A DNA stretch of 64,000 nucleotides from Candidatus Omnitrophota bacterium (lineage in GTDB: Bacteria > Omnitrophota > Gorgyraeia > Zapsychrales > Zapsychraceae): positions 901,149-965,148 of the forward strand of contig JBFWOS010000002.1 of NCBI GenBank assembly GCA_050250375.1. Reading direction: 5' to 3'. Shown piece by piece: positions 1 to 8,817 of this stretch. Within the stretch, counting starts at the first letter, position 1. Each line of letters starts with the position of its first letter. The notes under the pieces are model-generated. The model ran no database searches. It was not told the DNA's origin and was given only the letters and a program-made list of their open reading frames with translations. The position numbers and the translations under genes were made by a program.

Positions 1-2
1 TG

Positions 3-386
3 GAGCAAAACCTTAAAGCCGATAAAGATATTGCCGGTTTTGTTCTTCCACTCGGAGCAACCATTAATATGGACGGAACGGCACTTTATGAAGCCATGGC
101 CGCTTTATTTGTTGCAAACCTGGTTGGCATCGATTTAAACCTGCTCCAGCAAATCACCGTTTTTTTCATGGCTATCCTGGCCTCAATCGGTGCCCCGGGA
201 ATCCCCAGTGCCGGCATGGTGACCATGGTCATGGTCCTTCATTCCGTTGGTCTGCCGGCTGAGGCTATCGCCATTTTACTCCCGATTGACCGGCCGCTTG
301 ACGCATTACGGACCATGATTAATGTCAGCGGCGATACGATCGGAACCTTGATTGTGGATCACCACACATCGCCGTCAGAAAATTAA
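3..386 (+). CDS. Dicarboxylate/amino acid:cation symporter (DAACS/GltP family), 5'-truncated by window edge
   Basis: Frame is open from position 3 (EQNLKADKDIAGFVLPLGATINMDGTALY); has the NMDGTALY, ASIGAPGIPSAG and LDALRTMINVSGD DAACS motifs. Confidence 0.92.
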   Translation, partial: EQNLKADKDIAGFVLPLGATINMDGTALYEAMAALFVANLVGIDLNLLQQITVFFMAILASIGAPGIPSAGMVTMVMVLHSVGLPAEAIAILLPIDRPLDALRTMINVSGDTIGTLIVDHHTSPSEN

Positions 387-451
387 AACTGGACAAACCT
401 AATTTCATCAGACATAATATGTCAAATATGTGTATATAAACATACTTATCT

Positions 452-1741
452 ATGAACCCGATACAAACAATCAACGCCATTTCACCAACCATGTCAACCT
501 TGATTAACCGGATCAAGGCAAAACCTGAAAAAATCCATCAATGGCTCGCCTCGTATGAAGGATCCAAGGAATTACCGATCTATTCCTCCGTAGACATTCG
601 CGAGGCCGGTTTTAAAATGGCCGTGGTTGATACCAATATTTTCCCCGCTGGATTTAACAATCTGTGTGAACACGGACTGGAAGACGCGGTTAAATATATA
701 AAAATGGCCATCCTCAAACGAGTTACCGGTTGCAAAAACATCCTGATTGTCGCTGAAGAACACACACGAAACACCTGGTACCTGGAAAATATCCGGATCC
801 TGCAAGACATCATCCAAAAGGCCGGATTTAATGTCAAGATCGCGACCTTTCTAACGATTCAGCCGGATTTTTGTGATAAAACCCGATTCGTTGAACTGGA
901 AACCGCGACCGGTCACCCCGTCCGGATCCATTGTTTTAAACGAATCCTGGACGATTACAAAGACGGCCGTGAAAATTTCTGCCTGATTATCCTGAATAAT
1001 GATCTGACAACCGGAATTCCAGAAATATTAAAACAGGCCGAAGTTCCGATCTATCCTTCCATCGCCGCAGGTTGGCATTCCCGGCTTAAATCCCATCATT
1101 TCAGTCATACGGAAGATCTGATGAAAGAATTTGCCACCATGATTGACGTTGATCCATGGTTATTGTCCTGCCAGTTTAAAGTTGTTACGGAAGTGGATAT
1201 CAACGAAGAAAAAGACCGTCAAAAACTGGCTGATAGCACGGCTGACTTGTTCCGATCCATTGCTGCAAAATATAAAGAACATAAAATAACCGACAAGCCA
1301 TACATTGTTCTGAAAAGTGACTCCGGGACTTACGGAATGGGAGTCCTGTCGGTGGAAAACCCCGATGATATCCTTCAGCTAAACCGAAAAAAACGCAATT
1401 CACTGGCCGTTGGAAAAAGTTCCCAGCCTATCCACCGTTTCCTCCTTCAGGAAGGTGTCCCCACCATCTACAATGTTGCCCAACAGGTCAGTGAGGTCGT
1501 TATCTATCAGATCGAAAATAATTTGATCGGCGGTTTCTACCGGATGCACGACTCTAAAGGCGAGCGGGATAATCTGAATTCTAAAGGAATGACGTTCCAG
1601 AATATTTGCCCCCATTTGGAAAAATACGGAGACGGCGTGATTGATCCGAGTATCAATATGTTTGATGTTTACCGGATTCTCGCGCGAATTGCCGGTATCG
1701 CCGCACACCGGGAAATCATCCAATTAGAAAGTAACGCCTGA
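452..1741 (+). CDS. gshA: Glutamate-cysteine ligase, ATP-grasp (Acidithiobacillus/betaproteobacterial) type
   Basis: YSSVDIREAGFK..VDTNIFPAGFNNL, EEHTRN, LNNDL, KSDSGTYGMG and QEGVPT motifs; directly upstream of gshB. Confidence 0.88.
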   Translation: MNPIQTINAISPTMSTLINRIKAKPEKIHQWLASYEGSKELPIYSSVDIREAGFKMAVVDTNIFPAGFNNLCEHGLEDAVKYIKMAILKRVTGCKNILIVAEEHTRNTWYLENIRILQDIIQKAGFNVKIATFLTIQPDFCDKTRFVELETATGHPVRIHCFKRILDDYKDGRENFCLIILNNDLTTGIPEILKQAEVPIYPSIAAGWHSRLKSHHFSHTEDLMKEFATMIDVDPWLLSCQFKVVTEVDINEEKDRQKLADSTADLFRSIAAKYKEHKITDKPYIVLKSDSGTYGMGVLSVENPDDILQLNRKKRNSLAVGKSSQPIHRFLLQEGVPTIYNVAQQVSEVVIYQIENNLIGGFYRMHDSKGERDNLNSKGMTFQNICPHLEKYGDGVIDPSINMFDVYRILARIAGIAAHREIIQLESNA

Positions 1742-1757
1742 CATAAAGGGACCACGT

Positions 1758-2714
1758 ATGAATTTTGTATTTTTAGTTGATCAGTATGATCACTGGAATG
1801 TTGAAAAAGATACTTCTTTCATTTTCATGATTGAGGCCCACCGCCGCGGACACAAAGTTTTTTTACTGCATGAAGGCGGGACAACCCGGAAAAATTCAAA
1901 AATCATGATGTGTGTGACCCGGGTGGAACCACAGGTCAATCCTGAAAAACCGTTTATCAATTCACACAGCCAAATTCTTTCCGAAGAACAGATTGACATC
2001 GTTTTTATCCGGACCGATCCTCCCTTTGATGAGGCCTATTTGATGCAGACCTGGCTGCTTGATTTGCTGCCGAAACATATCCCGATCATTAACGAACCCG
2101 ATGGCATCCGCCAGTGCAATGAAAAGATCTGGGCGACCCAGTTTGCCGGACTTCTCCCTCCCACTCTGGTTAGTTCTCAACAAACGGAAATCCTGCAGTT
2201 TATTGATGAATATAAGTCGGTAGTGGCCAAACCGACGAACGGATTTGGCGGCAAAGATATCATCCGTTTATCCAATACGACTTATATTGAAGAAAATCTT
2301 TCAAAAATGACCCAAAAATGGACCAGGGAAATTATCGTGCAGGAATACATTAAGGAAGCCGAACAAGGGGACAAACGGATTTTGCTATTGAACGGTGATC
2401 CGATCGGGGCGGTCCTGCGTGTCCATGGGGCAACCGACTTTAGAAATAATTTTATGGCCGGCGGATCGGCCCATCCGGCTGAAATCACCCTGCACGATCT
2501 CGATATTTGTTCTACACTCAAACCGCACCTGCAGGAAAAAGGTCTATATTTCGTTGGCATCGATATCATCGGCCAATATTTGACAGAGATTAACGTAACA
2601 TCACCGACTTGTGTTCAGGAAATAAACAAACTTAACCATGGCCGCCTGGAAGAACAGGTCATCGACTTTGCGGAAAAACTTATTGACCAATTTAAAGCGG
2701 CAAGTACAATATGA
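1758..2714 (+). CDS. gshB: Glutathione synthetase
   Basis: KDTSF, RTDPPFD, NEK, GDKRILLLNG, FRNNFMAGG, VGIDIIG.YLTEINVTSPT. Confidence 0.95.
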   Translation: MNFVFLVDQYDHWNVEKDTSFIFMIEAHRRGHKVFLLHEGGTTRKNSKIMMCVTRVEPQVNPEKPFINSHSQILSEEQIDIVFIRTDPPFDEAYLMQTWLLDLLPKHIPIINEPDGIRQCNEKIWATQFAGLLPPTLVSSQQTEILQFIDEYKSVVAKPTNGFGGKDIIRLSNTTYIEENLSKMTQKWTREIIVQEYIKEAEQGDKRILLLNGDPIGAVLRVHGATDFRNNFMAGGSAHPAEITLHDLDICSTLKPHLQEKGLYFVGIDIIGQYLTEINVTSPTCVQEINKLNHGRLEEQVIDFAEKLIDQFKAASTI

Positions 2715-2739
2715 TTCATTGATTTCAAACTGGAAGCCA

Positions 2740-2985
2740 ATGTCAAAGTTAACCCTTTATTACCAAAATTCGTGTCCCTATTGCCGTAAAGTCCTGAACT
2801 TCATGGATGCCGATAATATTCATCTGACGATGAAAAATGTCCATGAAAAAATCGAACACCGGCAGGAATTGATCAATAAAGGCGGAAAAAGCCAGGTTCC
2901 CGCCCTTGAAATCGATGGAAAAATAATGTATGAATCCAATGATATTATTGAATGGCTGAAAAAAAATTACAAACATGACTCTTGA
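2740..2985 (+). CDS. Dithiol glutaredoxin (CPYC)
   Basis: CPYC active site plus GGKSQVPAL and YES.DI; start moved to the ATG at 2740, after the gshB stop. Confidence 0.85.
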   Translation: MSKLTLYYQNSCPYCRKVLNFMDADNIHLTMKNVHEKIEHRQELINKGGKSQVPALEIDGKIMYESNDIIEWLKKNYKHDS

Positions 2986-3235
2986 CGAAATTAGAACGAC
3001 GATCGAATCCCATGTGCCGAATTCACGGGCAATTGTGATGGACCCGATGCAGGACGGTGAACACCTTCAGGCCATCGTTATATCCCCTGAGTTTAACGGG
3101 ATGATGCTTGTCCGGCAGCATCAGATGGTCATGAAACCTCTTAAAGAGGCCTTTGCCACCAGCGTCCACGCGCTCGGCCTAAAAACTTTTACACCCGAAC
3201 GTTGGGAAATCGTAAAAAACCAATACGGATTTTAG
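2975..3235 (+). CDS. bolA: BolA/IbaG family protein
   Basis: DGEHLQAIVISPEF, RQHQMV, VHALGLKT; adjacent to a CGFS glutaredoxin. Confidence 0.9.
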   Translation: MTLDEIRTTIESHVPNSRAIVMDPMQDGEHLQAIVISPEFNGMMLVRQHQMVMKPLKEAFATSVHALGLKTFTPERWEIVKNQYGF

Positions 3236-3249
3236 CTAAGGAGTTTCTG

Positions 3250-3561
3250 ATGGACAATACCATAAAAGAACGAATTGAAAATGATATCAAAAATAATAAA
3301 GTTTTTCTTTATATGAAAGGTTCTCCGGACAGCCCAATGTGCGGATTTTCTTCTCAAGCAGTTAATATCCTTCAACATTATAAGGTTAAGTTTGGCACAT
3401 CCAATGTCCTGGCCGATGATGATATTCGTCAAGGTATCAAAGAATACGCCGACTGGCCGACCATCCCCCAACTCTATGTAAATGGTGAATTTATCGGTGG
3501 GTGCGACATTATGATGGAAATGCACAATAACGGCGAGCTGGAAAATATCTTAAAGTCTTAA
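3250..3561 (+). CDS. grxD: Monothiol glutaredoxin (Grx4 family)
   Basis: MKGSP..PMCGFS and WPTIPQLYVNGEFIGGCDI; AAGGAG RBS before the ATG at 3250. Confidence 0.95.
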   Translation: MDNTIKERIENDIKNNKVFLYMKGSPDSPMCGFSSQAVNILQHYKVKFGTSNVLADDDIRQGIKEYADWPTIPQLYVNGEFIGGCDIMMEMHNNGELENILKS

Positions 3562-4871
3562 GAAGTGATCAACGCAATCTGGCGGATATTTTTGTAAGTA
3601 TAAATCGCTGACGAATGCCCGTCATTCCAGGCGATTCCTATCCCATAATTTCCTAACGGGGTGATCTCCCTGGCCGCTATATCCTTTCGGATATCGTTCG
3701 CCTTGATCAGCCGTTCCCCGGTCATTTCATTAACACTCAAGGCATCCTGTGAAATCATCCGCAGGTCAAAATTTCTGACCAGCCAATGTTCACCATTTTC
3801 CCAGGCCAATTCGACTTTTTCGTGATCGAATTTGATGACCGGAATATCCATTTCCCGGGATTTGACATCCTGGATCTGTTTCAACATCGTATCAACCGCG
3901 CCCTGAATGACCGCCGGTGCGTCGGTGGCAAGGACACCGTGGCTTAATTCTTCCATGACCGGGATTTCAGCCAAAATCTCAACCCCAAACCGATCCGCCA
4001 GCTGCTCGGCCGTGGAGCGGCCGAAAATATAATGTTTTTCACCGGAAGGTGTTTTAAAATAGGCCATGTTTTCGATCAGCCCGATAATCGGCACCGCAAC
4101 TTTCTCAAACATAAGAATCCCGCGGGCGACATCAATCAGGGATAATGTGTGCGGGGTGGTAATAATCACCGCGCCTGTTAACCGGAGCGTTTGGGTGATC
4201 GTCAACTGGACATCCCCTGTACCCGGCGGCATATCAATTAAAAGATAATCTAATTCCCCCCAATCCGTATTGAGTAGGATCTGCTGGATGTAACGGGTTA
4301 CAACCGGACCGCGCATAACCGCCGGTTTATCTCCCAGCAAAAAACCAAAGGACATGAGTTTCAAATTCAGATGATTGACCGGAAGAAATTGTTTTTTATC
4401 GTTTGTAAAGATTTGAACCTTGTTCAAATGGAACAGTGTCGGGACAGACGGCCCGTAGATATCCGTATCGACCAGCCCCACCTTGAAATTTCGTTGGCAC
4501 AATTCCTGGGCCAGATGGGCCGCCATGGTCGACTTTCCGACTCCGCCTTTGGCAGAGGAGATGGCAATGATATGTTTAATTTTATTCAAAGGATTATGAC
4601 TGACCGGCCTGGGTTGCGGTTGTTGTTGCGCGGGTTTAATCATGTTGCTGACGACTTGCCCCACGCCTTCCAATTGCCGGACAGCTTTTTCGGCCTTGAG
4701 CTGAATTTCATGCGAGATAGATGCCGATTGCGTCTGAACAATCAAATCAAACGAAACATTATTTTGCTCGACAACGATATTCTTCACGATCCCATCATCA
4801 ACAATATTTTTAAGGCTGGCCGGATTAATGACCTGGCGAAGGGCGTTGATGGTTTTTTGAATGGTGACCAT
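3558..4871 (-). CDS. apbC: Mrp/ApbC/NBP35 P-loop ATPase with N-terminal DUF59-like and C-terminal DUF971-like domains (HCF101-like architecture)
   Basis: KGGVGKST, D.DIYGPS, MRGP, DMPPGTGD and ENM motifs; C-terminal ..NEMTGE..PLGNYGIGIAWNDGHSSAIY. Confidence 0.85.
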   Translation of the reverse strand: MVTIQKTINALRQVINPASLKNIVDDGIVKNIVVEQNNVSFDLIVQTQSASISHEIQLKAEKAVRQLEGVGQVVSNMIKPAQQQPQPRPVSHNPLNKIKHIIAISSAKGGVGKSTMAAHLAQELCQRNFKVGLVDTDIYGPSVPTLFHLNKVQIFTNDKKQFLPVNHLNLKLMSFGFLLGDKPAVMRGPVVTRYIQQILLNTDWGELDYLLIDMPPGTGDVQLTITQTLRLTGAVIITTPHTLSLIDVARGILMFEKVAVPIIGLIENMAYFKTPSGEKHYIFGRSTAEQLADRFGVEILAEIPVMEELSHGVLATDAPAVIQGAVDTMLKQIQDVKSREMDIPVIKFDHEKVELAWENGEHWLVRNFDLRMISQDALSVNEMTGERLIKANDIRKDIAAREITPLGNYGIGIAWNDGHSSAIYTYKNIRQIALITS

Positions 4872-4874
4872 AAA

Positions 4875-5891
4875 TTAAATCTTAAGTTTTTCGATCAGAT
4901 CGTCTTCGACCGGAACGGAATTTATATACTGAACCTGGTTACGGTCTTTACAAATCCAGAATTTCATTTGCTGCGGCGCATCATCCTTATAACGGGAAAA
5001 CCGCTGGATCATCCCGGCACACTGGGATAGAATTTCCTGCGGGGGATTTTCTCCTTTTAAGAGCAGTGTCGGGCCGAGGTTATGCGCAAACTGCATAATA
5101 ATATCATCGGGATGAGCATAACGCAAAAGCCCTTCATTCTCTTCATGGTCCCGGCCGATAATGCATTTGTATTGCGCATCAAACCGGTAATGTCTTCCCC
5201 ATTTTAAAGCGATGGTTTCACGAAAATTTCTATAACCATGTTTAAACGTATCTTTGATACGTTCTGAAAAATTATGATCGGTCAGTAAACATCCCCCGCC
5301 AGGCGCACTATATCCGGTGATTCCTAATTCATCCGCCAGAGTGTATTGCCCTTTTCGAGAGCGTCCGGTCAGATCAAGAAGTTTACTGCGGTCGATCAAT
5401 CCCTGTTTTTCGACATCCGTCGGTTCAAGATGCTGGGCGGACAGTGGCCGCAAAAGTTTCCCTTTCAGGCCGCTGGTCTCCTCAATCCGATCCATCGAAA
5501 TTCTTTTTTGAGACATCGGTCGCTGCCCCAAAACTTCACCGGTAAAAACAAAATCCGCCCCAATATGTTTCATGTATTGCGCGGCCCGGGAAAACATATG
5601 GATCCTGCAGTCAACACAGGGATTCATCGCTACACCACGGCCATATTTCGGCGAACGGACAACCTCCAGATACCGTTCATCTAATTGCAGGGTAATAAAT
5701 TTAATACCAATGCTTTGTGCCGCTTCAATCGCAAATGTTTTATCACAACATCCCCAGGGCATGGCAAAAAAAACACCGTAGACATCAACTCCCAGGTCCT
5801 TAACCACTTTGGCCGCCAGGGTGCTGTCCAGTCCGCCGGAGATTAAGCCTACGGCCTTTACTGTTCCATGTTCCGTTGTTTGATTAATCAT
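4875..5891 (-). CDS. PP-loop tRNA sulfurtransferase-like protein (ThiI/MnmA-like, DUF814-associated family)
   Basis: SGGLDS PP-loop, NPCVDCR, TGEVLGQRPMSQ, LRPLSA, GGGCLLTD; C-terminal GRH..IIGR..EN domain. Confidence 0.75.
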   Translation of the reverse strand: MINQTTEHGTVKAVGLISGGLDSTLAAKVVKDLGVDVYGVFFAMPWGCCDKTFAIEAAQSIGIKFITLQLDERYLEVVRSPKYGRGVAMNPCVDCRIHMFSRAAQYMKHIGADFVFTGEVLGQRPMSQKRISMDRIEETSGLKGKLLRPLSAQHLEPTDVEKQGLIDRSKLLDLTGRSRKGQYTLADELGITGYSAPGGGCLLTDHNFSERIKDTFKHGYRNFRETIALKWGRHYRFDAQYKCIIGRDHEENEGLLRYAHPDDIIMQFAHNLGPTLLLKGENPPQEILSQCAGMIQRFSRYKDDAPQQMKFWICKDRNQVQYINSVPVEDDLIEKLKI

Positions 5892-5947
5892 GGATTATCC
5901 TCTGGATAAGTGTATCAATATTATCCTCTAATGCAAGTATAAATTGC

Positions 5948-5976
5948 TTGCAATCAAAAATTGTTTTGGCTATAAT
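5948..5976 (+). promoter_or_regulatory. Sigma70-type promoter for ilvBN
   Basis: TTGCAA-17 nt-TATAAT about 40 nt upstream of ilvB. Confidence 0.65.
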
Positions 5977-6017
5977 GGCAAGTCAACTTATTAGTACTAT
6001 TGAACTTAGGATGTTTT

Positions 6018-7808
6018 ATGCCAAAAGCTACCAAAAAAAAATCTACAGCAGCAAAAACAAAGACAAAGAAAAACCTCTCTGCCCCATCGCCTAGAAAGCA
6101 ACTGACGGGCGCAGAAGCACTTATAAAATGTCTGGAAAACCACGGGGTGGAATATATCTGGGGTTTGTCCGGCGGTGCAGCGATCCCGATTTTTGACGCC
6201 CTGGTCGGGTCAAAAATTAAATTAATTCTCGTCAGACATGAACAAGGAGCAACTCACATAGCCGATGGCTATGCCCGCGCCACCGGAAAACCAGGAGTTG
6301 TCTTGGTAACCAGCGGCCCCGGCGCAACGAATACAGTGACCGGAATTATGACGGCGCATATGGACTCAGTCCCCATGATCGTTTTAACCGGACAAACCAT
6401 TAGTCCGATGTTGGGAAAAGATGCTTTTCAAGAAGCTGACATTTTCGGGATTACCATGCCGGTTGTCAAACACAGTTACTTGGTCAGAAACACAAATGAT
6501 ATCCCTAGGATTGTTAAGGAATCTTTTTTTATATCTAACACGGGGCGGCCCGGACCGGTCCACATTGATTTGCCAAAAGATATCACCTCTGCTCCTTTTA
6601 CCGGTGATACGCTCGATCCGAAAATGGACCTGCCCGGCTATACTGTACCGTCAAAAGGCAAACTTTCCGATATTAAGAAAATTGCCAAATTGTTCAACGC
6701 ATCCAAACGTCCACTTCTCCTTGTTGGACATGGGGCCGTTATTTCCAGGGCATCCGAATCGGTCAGCCAATTGGCCAAAAAACTAAAAGCGCCGGTGACC
6801 AACACACTTCTTGGAAAAGGATGTTTTCCTGAGACTGATCCTCTTTCTCTGGGCATGCTTGGTATGCATGGCACGGCCTATGCAAATAAGGCCTTGACCC
6901 GCTGTGATTTGATCTGTTCAATCGGTTCACGTTATGATGACCGGATCAACGGAAAGAATGATGAATTCTGTATCGGGGCCAAAAAAATCCATATTGATAT
7001 TGATCCGGCTGAAATGGGTAAAATTGTTAAATGTGATGCGTCCTGTATCGGGGATGCCCGGTTGATCGTGGAAGAATTGATCAAACATGTCAAACCGTTA
7101 GATACCGATGAATGGTTGAAAGAACTGGAATTTTACAAAAATGAATACCCTTTAAAATTCTCAGATGATAAAGGTTTAACTGCTCAGCGCGTTTTGTATG
7201 ATCTGCAGAGAATTACCCAAGGACGCGCCATCATCTCAACAGACGTTGGACAGCACCAGATGTGGTCGGCCCAATTTAACCTCACCCTCAAGGGAGAGAA
7301 ATGGCTGTCCTCCGGTGGAGCAGGTACAATGGGTTTCGGATTTCCGGCGGCCATCGGCGCGCAGTTTGGTTGTCCGAATGATCTGGTCGTTGCCGTTGTC
7401 GGCGACGGCGGGTTCCAAATGACCCTGTTTGAATTATCCACCGTCTTTATCCATAAACTTCCGGTTAAAATCCTGGTTGTTGACAACAAATATTTGGGTA
7501 TGGTTCGCCAATGGCAGGAACTATTTTTTGATAACCGTTTAAGCGGCGTTGATCTTGAAGGTAACCCTGATTTCGTCAAACTGGCCGAAGCTTACGGCAT
7601 TAAGGGTTTCCACATCAATCAGGTCGATCATTGTTTCGACCGGTTAAATGAAGCCTTAAATTATAAAGGCCCGGCTCTGATCCACGCTGAAGTTATCAAG
7701 GAAGACAATGTGTTCCCTATGATTCCGGCTGGAAAATCTGCCTATCAAATGATTATTGAACCGCCAAGCAAAGATCAAAAACTTGAAAAACCGACAGGTA
7801 GCACCTAA
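6018..7808 (+). CDS. ilvB: Acetolactate synthase large subunit
   Basis: RHEQGA, TSGPGATN, GRPGPV, GMLGMHG, DVGQHQMW, GDGGFQM, GMVRQWQ; AGGA RBS before ATG 6018. Confidence 0.96.
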   Translation: MPKATKKKSTAAKTKTKKNLSAPSPRKQLTGAEALIKCLENHGVEYIWGLSGGAAIPIFDALVGSKIKLILVRHEQGATHIADGYARATGKPGVVLVTSGPGATNTVTGIMTAHMDSVPMIVLTGQTISPMLGKDAFQEADIFGITMPVVKHSYLVRNTNDIPRIVKESFFISNTGRPGPVHIDLPKDITSAPFTGDTLDPKMDLPGYTVPSKGKLSDIKKIAKLFNASKRPLLLVGHGAVISRASESVSQLAKKLKAPVTNTLLGKGCFPETDPLSLGMLGMHGTAYANKALTRCDLICSIGSRYDDRINGKNDEFCIGAKKIHIDIDPAEMGKIVKCDASCIGDARLIVEELIKHVKPLDTDEWLKELEFYKNEYPLKFSDDKGLTAQRVLYDLQRITQGRAIISTDVGQHQMWSAQFNLTLKGEKWLSSGGAGTMGFGFPAAIGAQFGCPNDLVVAVVGDGGFQMTLFELSTVFIHKLPVKILVVDNKYLGMVRQWQELFFDNRLSGVDLEGNPDFVKLAEAYGIKGFHINQVDHCFDRLNEALNYKGPALIHAEVIKEDNVFPMIPAGKSAYQMIIEPPSKDQKLEKPTGST

Positions 7809-8308
7809 TGACTAAAAAAAATAATATTCATACCATCAGTTTACTCGTATCCAATAAACCCGGAGTCCTCATTCGATGCGCCCAGGTCTTTGCCCGACGG
7901 GGTTTCAACATTGATTCCCTGGTTGTATCAACATCGGTCAACCCAAAGTTCTCCCGCATGACGATCACGGCCCAGGGCGATCCGGAAACACTTGAACAAA
8001 TCATTAAACAATCCGCCAAACTCATTGATGTTATCCACACGGAAGAACATAATGAGGAGTCCACGATCACTCGTGAATTCGCGCTGATTAAAGTCAAATC
8101 GACCCCGAAAACAATTACTGCCATTAAAAAATATGCCACGAAATACAAGGCAAAAATTGTTGATGAAAGCAATAAACTCTTAATCATTGAACAGGCCGGT
8201 ACAACCGCGGAATTGGATGAATTCGAAGAACAGATGAAAAAATTCTCAATTGTTGAAATGGTTCGTTCCGGGAAACTTGTCATTGCCAAAGGCCAGGAAG
8301 CGACCTGA
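7808..8308 (+). CDS. ilvN: Acetolactate synthase small regulatory subunit
   Basis: ACT domain NKPGVL..F.RRGFNIDSL, EMVRSG; TAATG overlap with ilvB. Confidence 0.93.
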   Translation: MTKKNNIHTISLLVSNKPGVLIRCAQVFARRGFNIDSLVVSTSVNPKFSRMTITAQGDPETLEQIIKQSAKLIDVIHTEEHNEESTITREFALIKVKSTPKTITAIKKYATKYKAKIVDESNKLLIIEQAGTTAELDEFEEQMKKFSIVEMVRSGKLVIAKGQEAT

Positions 8309-8318
8309 CCTCATCTCA

Positions 8319-8732
8319 TTATTGGTCGGCTAAATTACACGGCAATATTTTTGGAAGTTCTTTCGGAGGGAGTACGATCTCAGCGATTTCAATCCCTTCG
8401 TCTGTGTATTCAATCGAGATGATTGAACATCGGTCGGAATCAATGTGAGGATCATCAATTCCCATGTACAAAGCAATCCCGGCACGCAACACGTCCCATT
8501 CGGAATATAAAATAAACTTATTTTCCTCTTCTTTAATATCCAGGGCACTGCTTATTTCACTAAAAGGTATTTCAAGAATCTCTGGCAGAGTACGTCCCTT
8601 GCAATAACCGTTCAAACCCGTTGAACCGGTGATTTCCCGGCCGCAGGTAATCTTGGCGTAATCAAAGGTGATAAATTTTTCATCATGATCCAGTTTAATA
8701 ACCATACTGGAAGAACTGTCACTACACGGCAT
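8319..8732 (-). CDS. Hypothetical protein, probable divergent IscU/SufU (NifU-N) fold
   Basis: GGAG RBS; PCSD...ITCG...KGRTL.EI..I...D.LRA.IA.Y pattern parallels IscU; five Cys. Confidence 0.7.
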   Translation of the reverse strand: MPCSDSSSSMVIKLDHDEKFITFDYAKITCGREITGSTGLNGYCKGRTLPEILEIPFSEISSALDIKEEENKFILYSEWDVLRAGIALYMGIDDPHIDSDRCSIISIEYTDEGIEIAEIVLPPKELPKILPCNLADQ

Positions 8733-8746
8733 AAAGCAATCTCCAT

Positions 8747-8778
8747 AAAAAAGGGACTCCCGAAATTGAGAGTCCCCT
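8747..8778 (-). terminator. Intrinsic terminator downstream of nrdB
   Basis: GGGACTC/GAGTCCC stem (8753-8759 and 8770-8776) followed by a T6 run on the minus strand. Confidence 0.75.
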
Positions 8779-8817
8779 TATTCTACTGTCTGAAATGTGC
8801 TTGTCAAGCCCGGGAAA

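Noticed and set aside
2638-2739. N-terminal extension of the glutaredoxin in the ORF track (likewise 3202 for grxD, 14516 for tpx, 57730 for subunit IV)
   Set aside because: The extensions overlap upstream genes or precede a better RBS; downstream ATGs give family-typical lengths.
4371-5030. 219-aa plus-strand ORF
   Set aside because: Antisense shadow of the Mrp and PP-loop genes; no motifs or RBS.
5903-5917. TGGATAAGTGTATCA resembling the Fur-type box
   Set aside because: The shared half is explained by an extended -10 (TGATACACT) of a minus-strand promoter, and the other half is not palindromic.
5977-6100. Attenuator or leader peptide for ilvB; Lys-rich N-terminus
   Set aside because: The leader is only about 35 nt with no Ile/Leu/Val-rich ORF; the Lys-rich tail looks like an ordinary disordered extension.
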